From positions 23,431 to 87,430 of the forward strand of contig CAYSCW010000002.1 in NCBI GenBank assembly GCA_964429795.1: 64,000 nucleotides of DNA. The letters are read 5' to 3'. Each line of letters starts with the position of its first letter. Position 1 is the first letter of the stretch. The translations under genes and the position numbers were made by a program. Of this stretch, positions 44,970 to 54,437 are shown piece by piece. The notes beneath the pieces are model-generated. The model saw only the letters and a program-made list of their open reading frames with translations. It was not told the origin of the DNA and searched no databases. The stretch is from an uncultured Eubacteriales bacterium. GTDB lineage: Bacteria > Acidobacteriota > Aminicenantia > Aminicenantales > Aminicenantaceae.

Positions 44970-47063
44970 TTATTCTTGCTCAGGCTTGATCCGTCCTTCT
45001 TTGATCGCCTCTTGGATGATTTTCTGCTGGAGATGGCTGGGGACTTCTTCGTAATGGGAAAACTCCATAAGGAATGAACCTCTGCCTCCTGTTATAGAGG
45101 TTAACGATGGTTCAAAATCCAGCATCTCTGCCATAGGAACTTGGGCCTTGATGATGCGTAGATTTCCCTTCTGTTCCATGCCCTGCACTTTTCCACGGCG
45201 GCCGTTGAGGTTTCCCATGAGATCTCCCATGTATGCCTCTGGCGTGTAGACTTCAACATTCATGATCGGCTCGAGAATGGTGGGCTTGGCCTCCTTCATT
45301 CCTTTCTTGAAGGCCATGGAGGCTGCGATCTTGAAGGCGATATCAGAGGAATCAACTTCATGGAAAGAGCCATCATAAAGGACAACTTTGAAATCCATAG
45401 TCGGATATCCAGCCACGACTCCCTTTTTCTTGGCTTCCTTGATGCCTTTCTCTATGGAAGGGATAAAATTTTTAGGTATGGCCCCCCCGAAGATCTTATC
45501 CTCAAACTCAAAATCTTTTCCTCTGGCAAGGGGCTCCATCTTGATTTTTACATCCCCGTATTGTCCCCTTCCTCCAGTCTGTTTTTTGTACTTTCCCTGT
45601 ACATCAGAACGTCCCTTTATGGTTTCTTTGTAAGGGATTTTTGGAGGCTTCAGAACCACATCCACGTTGTATCTCTTTTTCAAGCGATCGGCGATGATTT
45701 CCACATGGAGCTGGCCATTTCCGGATATGATCAACTCGTTCGTTTCCGAGTCTCTTTCTATCTTTGCCGTGGGATCCTCCTCTGAGATACGGTGGGTAGC
45801 CTGGGAAATACGGTCTTCGTCGGCTCGTGTCTTTGGTTCAATGGCAAATGATATGGAAGGCTCGGGAAATTTGATAGGCGGAAATTCAATCCCGTTTCCC
45901 TTAACGCATAGAGTGTCGCCGGTGTATGTGGTTTTCAGCTTGGTTGTGGCCACGATATCACCCACTTTTGCCTCTCCTGCAGGGATTTGTTCTTTGCCTT
46001 TGAGGAAGAACAGCCCCCCCAGTTTCTCGTCTATATCATGATTGGTGTTGTACACAGTGGAATCAGGGCCAACCTTTCCCGAGAATATCCTCAAAAGGGA
46101 GATACGTCCAGTGTAGGGATCGGAGATAGTTTTGAAGACCAACGCAGAAAATGGGCCATCCAAATTGGGTTTGATTGTTTCTTCTTTTCCTTTGACGGTT
46201 GCTGCGATTTCTGCTCTATCTAAGGGGGAAGGCATGTAAGTGGTGATTCCATCCAGAATAGGCTGGATTCCCACGTTCGTCAGAGCCGAAGCCACAAAAA
46301 CGGGAAAAAGATGACGGGAGAGGACGGCCTTCTTAAGGCCTTCCCGTAGTTCTTCAGACGTTAGTTTACCCTTCTCGAAGTACTGTTCCATCAATTGTTC
46401 ATCGTTTTCTGCCACCATCTCTGTGAGCTCTTCGGCTTTCTTCTCAACTTCGGACTTGAGGTTCTCGGGCACTTCGGTCTCTTTGAATTTTCCGCTTTCG
46501 TCTTTCTCGAAAGTGAAGGCCTTTTTCTCCACAAGGTCTATGATTCCCGAAAAATTCTTCTCTTTGCCGATGGGGAGTTGAATCGGAACAGCCTGCCGGC
46601 CGAAAAATTGTTGAATGGAATCAAGGGTCCGTTGATAATCCGCATTTTCTCTATCCAGCTTATTGATGGTGATGATCCGAGGAAGATTGAATTCTTCCAG
46701 CATTTCCCAAACCTTCTCCGTTCCTACTTCCACTCCTGCTGCTCCACAGACTATAACCACTCCTCCATCTACAGCTCTTAAACAAGCTCTTGTATCCCAA
46801 AGGAAGTTTGTGTATCCAGGGCAATCTATAATGTTGATCTTATGGTTGTTCCAATCCAAATAACATACGGCAGAGTTTATCGAAATCTGCCTTTCAATTT
46901 CCTCTGGATCATAATCAGTGATGGTATTTCCTTTTTCAACTTTAGCCAGCCTGGAAGTTATCCCTGCATTAAAAAGGAAAACGGATGTCATGGATGTTTT
47001 TCCTGAAGAACCATGTCCAATCATGGCGACGTTTCTTATTCTCTCAGGGGAATAATCTTTCAT
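44970..47063 (-). CDS. Elongation factor G paralog with non-canonical G domain (P-loop GHGSSGKT; switch II DCPGY instead of DTPGH)
   Basis: 697 aa. Full EF-G domain order, aligning along its length to canonical EF-G (HKINIIDCPGYTNF vs HRINIIDTPGHVDF; NKLDR G4 motif present). It is not in an rpsL-rpsG-fusA-tuf context. Confidence 0.85.
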   Translation of the reverse strand: MKDYSPERIRNVAMIGHGSSGKTSMTSVFLFNAGITSRLAKVEKGNTITDYDPEEIERQISINSAVCYLDWNNHKINIIDCPGYTNFLWDTRACLRAVDGGVVIVCGAAGVEVGTEKVWEMLEEFNLPRIITINKLDRENADYQRTLDSIQQFFGRQAVPIQLPIGKEKNFSGIIDLVEKKAFTFEKDESGKFKETEVPENLKSEVEKKAEELTEMVAENDEQLMEQYFEKGKLTSEELREGLKKAVLSRHLFPVFVASALTNVGIQPILDGITTYMPSPLDRAEIAATVKGKEETIKPNLDGPFSALVFKTISDPYTGRISLLRIFSGKVGPDSTVYNTNHDIDEKLGGLFFLKGKEQIPAGEAKVGDIVATTKLKTTYTGDTLCVKGNGIEFPPIKFPEPSISFAIEPKTRADEDRISQATHRISEEDPTAKIERDSETNELIISGNGQLHVEIIADRLKKRYNVDVVLKPPKIPYKETIKGRSDVQGKYKKQTGGRGQYGDVKIKMEPLARGKDFEFEDKIFGGAIPKNFIPSIEKGIKEAKKKGVVAGYPTMDFKVVLYDGSFHEVDSSDIAFKIAASMAFKKGMKEAKPTILEPIMNVEVYTPEAYMGDLMGNLNGRRGKVQGMEQKGNLRIIKAQVPMAEMLDFEPSLTSITGGRGSFLMEFSHYEEVPSHLQQKIIQEAIKEGRIKPEQE

Positions 47064-47183
47064 CTTAGAGCCTCCCTATGGAATGGAAAACTTGGTTTTA
47101 AGATGCAGGAAATCTTCTTTGCCAAAGAGGCAAGCAACGAATATGATACAATAAAATCTACTCTCTTCTCAAGGTATTTTTTG

Positions 47184-47490
47184 CAGTATGTAAGCATCCC
47201 CATTTCCGTGATGCAGTAACAGTCAGGTAAGCTGATTCGTCAGCCCGCGGATTTTCCCCAGCGAGGAAAATCCGCTTATTCCTCGGCTCGCTCTCCTCTT
47301 CGAGGAACCATGCCCGCTCGCCTCCGGATGTCTTCCAACTCAGCTTACCTGACTGCTGTTAAAACTGTCACGGAAATAAGGGTGCTTCCTTGCAGTATCT
47401 CCATTTCCGCGATGAGTGAAAACATTTCATACGGTTAGGTAGTGAGACGGCGGTTCCCATCCCTCTGAAGGCCATGGTGGGAGGGTCTTT
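47184..47490. repeat. Mosaic intergenic repeat copy R2 (composite: R2a has a long inverted repeat flanking module D and an internal hairpin; R2b has module A-like + module B + inverted module C), abutting the rluD stop
   Basis: Each sub-element begins ttgcagtat(g/c)...catttccg (47181 and 47393). R2a arms 47203-47234 and 47339-47376 are imperfect inverted repeats. Internal hairpin GCGGATTTT-11nt-AAAATCCGC at 47247-47275. Module D 47230-47268 matches 55368-55406. Module B 47411-47465 matches 52564-52620. Confidence 0.6.
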
Positions 47491-48409
47491 AACCTGTAAT
47501 GCGTTCGATTTTATTCAAAAAATTTTTCAGATCCTCAGGGAGAGGGGATGAGAACATGACTCTTTTTCCTGAATCAGGGTGATGGAAGGAGATTTGAGCC
47601 GCATGGAGAAAGAGCCGGGGGGATTTGATTTTTTCCTTTCTGCGGCCGTAACGGCTGTCCCCGGCCACAGGGTGTCCTGCTGCTGCAAGATGAACTCTTA
47701 TCTGGTGGGTTCTTCCGGTGATGGGTTTTATTCTGAGTAAGGTGAATTTCTCCAGCTCTTTTTCCACACTATATTGAGTCTTGGCAGCACGGGGTTTTTT
47801 CGTCTTTGTCGACATTCTTCCTCCGTGCTTAGGATGGCGACCTAATGACCAGGTCATTTCACCCGATTTTTGAGGCATTCTTCCCCAGACAAGGCCGATG
47901 TAGACCTTTTCCACAGCCCTTTCTTTAAACTGACGCTGAAGACTACTGTGGGCTTTAAGGCTTCTGGCCACCACCATAACACCTGAGGTCTCTTTATCCA
48001 AACGATGGACGATTCCTGACCTTTCCACAGGACCGATTCCTTCTATATCAGGAAAATGATGGAGCAAAGCATTGACCAATGTCCCGCTCTTCACTCCTGC
48101 TCCGGGATGGACAACCAGTCCTGAAGGCTTGTCCACTACCAGGATATGATTATCGCTGTGTATGACTTTCAGAGGTATATTTTCTGGCTGTACATTTGGG
48201 ATGCCGTGGATTGTGTACTCTATCTCCACCCTGTCCCCAGGTTTCAAATGATAACTTGGCTTTGAGCCTTTTCCACTGATTAAAACCTTCTCTTCTTCGA
48301 TGAGGCTTTGAACCTGAGAGCGGCTCAGTTCTTTTATCTTGTGAGAGAGGAATACATCCAGCCTTTTATTTTCATCTGGAGAAGTGATGAGGAATTCCTT
48401 CTTAGACAC
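47489..48409 (-). CDS. rluD: RluA-family 23S rRNA pseudouridine synthase (RluD-like, with N-terminal S4 domain)
   Basis: S4-like KRLDVFLSHKI...SRSQVQSLIEE. Catalytic HRLDKETSG. ...GRTHQIRVHLA... Confidence 0.88.
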   Translation of the reverse strand: MSKKEFLITSPDENKRLDVFLSHKIKELSRSQVQSLIEEEKVLISGKGSKPSYHLKPGDRVEIEYTIHGIPNVQPENIPLKVIHSDNHILVVDKPSGLVVHPGAGVKSGTLVNALLHHFPDIEGIGPVERSGIVHRLDKETSGVMVVARSLKAHSSLQRQFKERAVEKVYIGLVWGRMPQKSGEMTWSLGRHPKHGGRMSTKTKKPRAAKTQYSVEKELEKFTLLRIKPITGRTHQIRVHLAAAGHPVAGDSRYGRRKEKIKSPRLFLHAAQISFHHPDSGKRVMFSSPLPEDLKNFLNKIERITG

Positions 48410-49199
48410 TTTTCTTTTTTTTGAGGAAAAAATAAAGACTTAACCCTCCCACCAGCCCTAGGATGCAGAAGAGCTGAGGGAGGGAAAGGCTGAGATAAGG
48501 TGAGGGGTTTTGGATGAGGAAGGCTTTATCCGCATGGTCCCCTCTGTAGAATTCAACTAAGTAGCGGATGATGGAATAGTTGATGATGTAGAAGGCAAAG
48601 ACCTGACCATCGAATTTTTTCTTTTTCAAGATGACGAAGAGGATGGCAAAGTTTAAAAAATTCAGCACAGACTCATAAAGCTGGGTGGGATGGATAGGGA
48701 TTTTAAGCGGAATTCCTGTCAAGTTGTGGGCGTATTCACTGTGAAACTCCACTCCCCAAGCCAAATCGCAGGCCCGTCCATAACAGCATCCTGCCGTGAA
48801 ACATCCTATCCGGCCAAATCCATGCCCCAAGGCCAGGGCTGGACCGATGATATCAGCTGCTTTCCAGGTTGGAATACGGTGTTTTCGGAAATACCACAGG
48901 GCGAAGAGGAAACCGACGGTCAATCCACCTTGGAAGACGCCCCCGGACCGGGCGAGGGAAAAGAGTTCTGAAGGATAGCGAACATAATAGGAGATGTTCC
49001 CCACAAAGAGGATGAGCTTGGCTCCGATCAAGGAGATGATAATGGTGTAAAAAGCCATATCGATCATGCGGGAAGCAGGAAGTCCCTTTTTCCTGGCTTG
49101 GACATAGAGAAACCAGAAGCCCATGCCCACACCCAAAGCCATCATGAATCCATAGGTATGGATGGTCAGAGGACCAATTTTGAAGAGGATTGGCAACAT
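48402..49199 (-). CDS. lgt: Prolipoprotein diacylglyceryl transferase
   Basis: MLPILFKIGPLTIHTYGFMMALG...IGPALALGHGFGRIGCFTAGCCYG..., the Lgt signature. Start reset to the ATG at 49199. 8-nt overlap with the rluD start. Confidence 0.9.
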   Translation of the reverse strand: MLPILFKIGPLTIHTYGFMMALGVGMGFWFLYVQARKKGLPASRMIDMAFYTIIISLIGAKLILFVGNISYYVRYPSELFSLARSGGVFQGGLTVGFLFALWYFRKHRIPTWKAADIIGPALALGHGFGRIGCFTAGCCYGRACDLAWGVEFHSEYAHNLTGIPLKIPIHPTQLYESVLNFLNFAILFVILKKKKFDGQVFAFYIINYSIIRYLVEFYRGDHADKAFLIQNPSPYLSLSLPQLFCILGLVGGLSLYFFLKKKKSV

Positions 49200-49201
49200 C
49201 T

Positions 49202-49675
49202 TTATTTCCTCTTGAACAACAGAAGAAAAATCAGAATCACTGCTCCCACACTCACGCTGGCATCCGCCACATTGAAGGAGGGCCAGTGCCATTTCTTAAT
49301 GTAGAAATCTAAGAAATCTATCACATATCCCCGCAAGATTCTGTCCATCAAGTTGCCCAAAGCACCGGCCAGGATCAAGGAGAGAGATATTTGCAAAAAT
49401 CTCTCTTGAGCAGAAGTTTTGAAAAAATAATAGAGGACTAGGAAAAAGGCAACTATCGAGGCTCCCATCAGAATATAATGGACCAACGGGCCAGGAGATC
49501 GGGAGAGAAAGCCGAAGATGGCTCCCCGGTTGTGAATATGAGTCAGGTTCAAGAAGCCAGGGATAACACAGTGGTGACTGAACAAGGGAAAGGTGTGGGA
49601 GACCCAGATTTTACTCGCCTGGTCGGTGATTATAATCAGAACAATAAGGAGAAAATAGGGAAATTTGTTTTTCAT
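49202..49675 (-). CDS. lspA: Lipoprotein signal peptidase (signal peptidase II)
   Basis: ...DQASKIWV...NRGAIFGF...[17 protein letters not shown]... ATGA overlap with the ileS stop. Confidence 0.9.
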   Translation of the reverse strand: MKNKFPYFLLIVLIIITDQASKIWVSHTFPLFSHHCVIPGFLNLTHIHNRGAIFGFLSRSPGPLVHYILMGASIVAFFLVLYYFFKTSAQERFLQISLSLILAGALGNLMDRILRGYVIDFLDFYIKKWHWPSFNVADASVSVGAVILIFLLLFKRK

Positions 49676-52449
49676 ATCTCAATCTGGCTGACCACCTCTT
49701 CACATCTCTTGCAGAAGAGAGGGAAGCGGGAGCTTTTTCCCACATATGGGGAGTAATTCCAACATCTCTGGCATTTTTCCCCTTCAGCCTTGGTAACCTT
49801 GACCTTGATCTCCTCATCTTCAGTGGGTGTAAGATGAACTGCGGAGACGATAAAAAGGGAGGCCAAGTCTTTTTCGTGCTTTTCGAGAAGGCTCTCCTTG
49901 GAGGCAGGGATATCCAGAGTCACAGATGCCTCCAATGAGTTTCCGATAAGCTTCTCTTCTCTTGTTCTTTCCAGTTCCTTTAAAACCTTTTCTCTGACAG
50001 CGATCAGGTCTGCCCACTCGCTGAAGAGCTCATCCTCCAGCCATTTCTCTTTAAAAGAGGGGAAAAGCTCCAGATGGATGGATTCCTCCTTCCCCTCATA
50101 GTGCGGCATGGCTTCCCACGCTTCTTCTGAGGTAAAAGGCAGGATGGGGGCCATAAGCACGAGGCTCCATTTCAAGAGATAAAAGAGAGCTGTTTGGGCA
50201 GATCTTCGCAGCAGAGAGCTTTTTTTCGAACAATAGAGCCTGTCTTTGAGAACATCCAGATAGAATGCACTCAGATCTACAGTGAAAAAATTGTACAGCG
50301 CATGAAAGACGATGTGGAATTCATAATCTTCATAAGCCTTAAGGATTCTTCTCCCCTGCCGGGAGCATTTCTCCAGAATCCATTTATCCAGGAGATTCAT
50401 ATCTTCGTGAGCAACCATTTCTTCGTCAGGAATAAAATCGTAGAGATTCCCCAGAATGAATCTCCATGTGTTTCTGATCTTGCGATAAGCTTCCACCAGT
50501 CTCTGCAGAATCTCATTTCCGAATCGAGCATCTTCTTTGTAGTTAAGCATGGCCACCCAAAGCCGGAGGATTTCGGCCCCGTTCTGTGAAATGATTTCTT
50601 CCGGCTCGATGAAATTTCCCAGTGATTTTGACATTCCTCTCCCCTGCTCATCAAGGACAAAGCCATGAGTGATCACCGATCTATAAGGAGAGGCGTGCTT
50701 GGCAGCCAGACCGACAAAGAGGGAGCTGTTGAACCACCCTCTGTATTGATCGTGACCTTCCACGTAGAGATCAGAAGGCCAGGGCAGGTCCTCTCGTTTT
50801 CCCAGAACATTGTGGCTGGCTCCCGATTCAAACCAGACATCCAGGATGTTGTTTTCCTTATTGAATTTAGCTGATCCGCACTGTGAGCATTTGGTACCGG
50901 GTGGAAGAAGCTCCTCCGCATTCTTGTTGTACCAGGCTGTGGAGCCTTCTCTGGAGAAGATATCGGCTATTCTCAGAGTGATATCGTCTCCGGCTAAAAT
51001 CTGGGTGCAGTCTTGGCAATAGAAGGCAGGAATGGGCACGCCCCATGAACGCTGTCGGGATATACACCAATCCGGTCTTGCCGTGACCATGTTCGAAATC
51101 CTCTCCTCTCCCCAGGCCGGAATCCAGCGCACTTTTTTAATCTCTTGGAGCGCTTTTTTGCGAAGATCATTCTTGTCCATTGAGATAAACCACTGGGCTG
51201 TAGCCCTGAAGATCACCGGGTTTTTGCATCGCCAACAATGAGGATAGGAATGGACGATTTGGCCTACTTTGAGAAGGCTTCCCTCTTTTTTCATGTCTTC
51301 GATGATGACTTTGTTGGAGTCGAACACGTTCATCCCGCCGTATCTTTCGACCTGAGGTATAAAATTGCCCTTGCTGTCCACAGGAGTGTAGATATCCAGC
51401 TTGTAGGCCAATCCAGTCATATAATCCTCATAACCATGGCCGGGAGCGGTATGGACACAGCCTGTTCCCTGTTCAAGAGTGACATAATCGGCCAAGACAA
51501 AGACAGATTCTCGATCGATGAAGGGATGGCGGGCTTTGAGACCTTCCATTTCTTTTCCGAGAAAAGTGGTTAAGATCTTTGTCTTCTTTAGGCCCAGTTC
51601 CTCTGCTACGACTGGAATCAGCCTTTTGGCGGCGATGTAAACTTCGCTGTCCTCCTGGAAAGCGGCGTATTCATAGTCGGGATGGAAGGCGATAGCCAGA
51701 TTGGCAGGGAGAGTCCAGGGCGTTGTGGTCCAGATCAGGACAAAGACATTTTTCCCTTTCAACGAAGAAAACTTTTGGGAGAGGTCGGAGATTAAAGAGA
51801 ATTTCACATAGATAGATGGAGAGGGTCGATCTTTGTATTCGATCTCAGCTTCAGCCAGTGCTGTACGACAGTGGGGACACCAGTGAACGGGCCTTTTTCC
51901 TTTATAAACATTTTCAGAAGCAAAAAAAGCGGCCAGATGCCGAAGCACCTCCCCCTCATATTGGGGATCCATGGTTAGGTAAGGATTTTCCCATTCACCA
52001 AAGACTCCCAGTCTTTTAAATTGACCGCGCTGAATGTCAACATACTTGAGGGCGTATTTTTTGCACTCTTCCCTGATTTCTATGATGGACAGATCCTTCT
52101 TTTTATCTCCCAAGAGTTGGTCCACTTTGATCTCGATGGGAAGACCATGACAATCCCATCCCGGAAGATAGGGAGAGCGGAAATTCTGCATGGTTTTTGT
52201 CTTGACGATGAAATCCTTCAAAATCTTGTTGAGGGCTGTCCCAAGATGAATATTGCCGTTGGCATATGGCGGTCCATCATGAAGGACAAAGATAGGAGAG
52301 TTCTCCCTTATTTTCTGGATCTTCTTATAGAGACGCATACTTTCCCATTTTTTGATGAGTTCTGGTTCCCTCTGGGGAAGCTTGGCTTTCATGGAAAAGG
52401 AGGTTTGGGGAAGGTTCAAACTCTCCTTGATCTTTTCACTGCTTGACAT
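49672..52449 (-). CDS. ileS: Isoleucyl-tRNA synthetase (type 1, with C-terminal zinc finger)
   Basis: [23 protein letters not shown] (HIGH), KMSKS as GMSKSLGN, C-terminal CQRCWNY...CKRC. Confidence 0.95.
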   Translation of the reverse strand: MSSSEKIKESLNLPQTSFSMKAKLPQREPELIKKWESMRLYKKIQKIRENSPIFVLHDGPPYANGNIHLGTALNKILKDFIVKTKTMQNFRSPYLPGWDCHGLPIEIKVDQLLGDKKKDLSIIEIREECKKYALKYVDIQRGQFKRLGVFGEWENPYLTMDPQYEGEVLRHLAAFFASENVYKGKRPVHWCPHCRTALAEAEIEYKDRPSPSIYVKFSLISDLSQKFSSLKGKNVFVLIWTTTPWTLPANLAIAFHPDYEYAAFQEDSEVYIAAKRLIPVVAEELGLKKTKILTTFLGKEMEGLKARHPFIDRESVFVLADYVTLEQGTGCVHTAPGHGYEDYMTGLAYKLDIYTPVDSKGNFIPQVERYGGMNVFDSNKVIIEDMKKEGSLLKVGQIVHSYPHCWRCKNPVIFRATAQWFISMDKNDLRKKALQEIKKVRWIPAWGEERISNMVTARPDWCISRQRSWGVPIPAFYCQDCTQILAGDDITLRIADIFSREGSTAWYNKNAEELLPPGTKCSQCGSAKFNKENNILDVWFESGASHNVLGKREDLPWPSDLYVEGHDQYRGWFNSSLFVGLAAKHASPYRSVITHGFVLDEQGRGMSKSLGNFIEPEEIISQNGAEILRLWVAMLNYKEDARFGNEILQRLVEAYRKIRNTWRFILGNLYDFIPDEEMVAHEDMNLLDKWILEKCSRQGRRILKAYEDYEFHIVFHALYNFFTVDLSAFYLDVLKDRLYCSKKSSLLRRSAQTALFYLLKWSLVLMAPILPFTSEEAWEAMPHYEGKEESIHLELFPSFKEKWLEDELFSEWADLIAVREKVLKELERTREEKLIGNSLEASVTLDIPASKESLLEKHEKDLASLFIVSAVHLTPTEDEEIKVKVTKAEGEKCQRCWNYSPYVGKSSRFPLFCKRCEEVVSQIEI

Positions 52450-52560
52450 AGTCTTTCTCCGCTAATCACCTGTTTTTTCTTTTTTATTATAAAAGAAGTT
52501 ATTTTATTACGCCATAAGAAAAAGTCAATAAAAGGGATCTCAACGTAAGTATTTCAAAAA

Positions 52561-52735
52561 CCATGATGAGTGAAGATATTTCATCCAGTAAGGTAGTTAG
52601 GCAGCAGTTGCCCTCCATCCTCGCCAAAGACCTTCCCACCCTCCGCCATGGGCTTCGGATGAACCGCAACCGCCGCTGGGACTGATCATCTCCCTCGTCA
52701 TTAGCTATCACGGAAATTGAGATGATTCCCATTTC
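52561..52735. repeat. Mosaic intergenic repeat copy R3 (module B forward, module C, module A inverted) between the nadB 3' end and the ileS 5' region
   Basis: 52564-52620 atgatgagtgaagatatttcatccagtaaggtagttaggcagcagttgccctccatcc is module B. 52620-52660 is module C. 52688-52717 is the reverse complement of module A. Confidence 0.55.
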
Positions 52736-52856
52736 AAATTTGGCAATATGACTGAAATCCAGAGATTCGTAAGTATATTATATGGATAGGTGAACACAAT
52801 GGTAAACAACATGAAATTTCAATAATAAAAATATGTAGATGATTTCTATTAAGAAA

Positions 52857-54431
52857 TCAGTCTCTTCTGTAGTGAGCTCCGCGGCTGACAGGATTGTTTA
52901 TTGCAGCAGAGGTGATCAGTTGAGCAACCTGTATGCCGTGTTTGAGACCTACTACTTTGGCATCCATTTTGGCTTCTTTGTAGAATTTTTCGATCCTGTG
53001 TCTTAGATAATCCAGGTCGGCTTTAGCCCTTTCTAGTCGTTTCTTGGTGCGGATGATTCCAGAATAATTCCATAATGTGGAGCGAATGAAAACCCAGTCT
53101 TGATTGATCAATGCAGGATCGATATCTTCTTCCCGAACAGGATAATACCATTTATGGATATCAGTGGATTTATAAATATGTGTGGAATTAAAATGAGAAA
53201 CGATGTGCTGGGCTGCTCTTGTTCCCCAAATCAATCCTTCCAGGAGAGAGGTCGAGGCCAGACGGTTTGCCCCGTGCAGGCCAGTGCATGATACCTCACC
53301 CACGGCATAGAGGCCTTTAAGCGAGCTAAGTCCCTGTGTATTAACCAGAACCCCACCACAACAATAATGAGCTGCAGGAACCACAGGGATGGGATCCTTG
53401 TTGATATCGATCCCGTATTTCAAGCAGGTCTGGTAGATGTTGGGGAAACGTTTTTTGATATCGATCTTGGCATAAGATGCTAGATCCAGGTAGACATAGC
53501 TGGAGTCGGTGTTTGTCATTTCTTCGTAGATAGCCCTGGTAACCTCATCACGGGGGGCTAACTCTTTCTTCTCTGAATATTTCTCCATAAAGAGCCGACT
53601 ATCTTTTGACTTTAAGCGGGCCCCCTCTCCCCTCACCGTCTCCGAGATCAAGAAACCATCCGCATCTCGATGAAAGAGCGAAGTGGGATGAAACTGAATG
53701 TACTCCATGTTGACGATTCTGGCTCCGGCTCTGTAAGCCATCGCATACCCGTCCCCTATAGCACTCGGGGGATTGGATGTGTAGAGATAAAGTGCGCCAC
53801 AACCTCCGGTGGCCAAAATAGTGTAAGGGGCAAAGATGGTCTTTACCTTGCGGGTTTCGTTGTCTAAGATATATGCACCGATACACTGCGGTTCTTTGTA
53901 ATAAGCGGTAGGATTTTTGGAATGGTGAGGAACAGTGAGAAGATCGACAGCGGTATGGTTATTCAGGAGAGTGAGATTGGAAAATTTTTTCAATGCCATG
54001 ATGAATTTCTCTTCGATGGTACGCCCTGTTGTATCTTTAATATGAAGAATCCTTCTTCTGGAGTGACCAGCCTCCTGAGCATAATCGAGTGAATCGGGAG
54101 AACTGTGGGTAAAGGGGATGCACAACTCTTTGATCAGAATATCGTCCACCATCTTCTTACCTTCAATGGCCAGAAGTTCTACAGCCTCAGGATTGTTGAT
54201 CCCATCCCCTGTTTTGATGATGTCTTCTTTCAGAAGCTCTGGGCGGTCATCGTACCCAAGGGAGACAATTCCTCCCTGAGCATAATAAGTATTGGATTCC
54301 TCTAGAGTAGAATTCTTGGAGATGACGATGACACGTAGCCCACTCTTGGCTGCTTCCAGGGCTGCGCTCGAGCCAGCGATTCCGCAGCCTATGATTAAAA
54401 CATCGGTGGTTAGAGTCTCTTGATTATCCAT
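52857..54431 (-). CDS. nadB: L-aspartate oxidase
   Basis: DVLIIGCGIAGSSAALEAAKSG (FAD). ...RDEVTRAIYEE..., ...HYCCGGV... and GEVSCTGLHGANRLASTSLLEGLIWG match succinate DH/fumarate reductase flavoprotein-family motifs of the NadB type. 524 aa. Confidence 0.9.
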   Translation of the reverse strand: MDNQETLTTDVLIIGCGIAGSSAALEAAKSGLRVIVISKNSTLEESNTYYAQGGIVSLGYDDRPELLKEDIIKTGDGINNPEAVELLAIEGKKMVDDILIKELCIPFTHSSPDSLDYAQEAGHSRRRILHIKDTTGRTIEEKFIMALKKFSNLTLLNNHTAVDLLTVPHHSKNPTAYYKEPQCIGAYILDNETRKVKTIFAPYTILATGGCGALYLYTSNPPSAIGDGYAMAYRAGARIVNMEYIQFHPTSLFHRDADGFLISETVRGEGARLKSKDSRLFMEKYSEKKELAPRDEVTRAIYEEMTNTDSSYVYLDLASYAKIDIKKRFPNIYQTCLKYGIDINKDPIPVVPAAHYCCGGVLVNTQGLSSLKGLYAVGEVSCTGLHGANRLASTSLLEGLIWGTRAAQHIVSHFNSTHIYKSTDIHKWYYPVREEDIDPALINQDWVFIRSTLWNYSGIIRTKKRLERAKADLDYLRHRIEKFYKEAKMDAKVVGLKHGIQVAQLITSAAINNPVSRGAHYRRD

Positions 54432-54437
54432 AGGTTT

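Noticed and set aside
52499-52732. 77-aa minus-strand ORF (and analogous ORFs 55213..55518 minus and 26314..26553 plus) sharing an 'IS(V/M)(I/R)ANDEG' peptide
   Set aside because: The shared peptide is simply the translation of repeat module A (atttccgtgatagctaatgatgaggg). Downstream of it the 'proteins' diverge completely because of indels. The ORFs lie entirely in intergenic repeat DNA and have no RBS or family resemblance. They are not coding.
52450-52856. T-box riboswitch upstream of ileS
   Set aside because: No T-box core (GGGTGGnACCGCG) or specifier-loop architecture is visible on the ileS-sense strand. The region is instead occupied by repeat R3. I could not run a formal covariance-model search.
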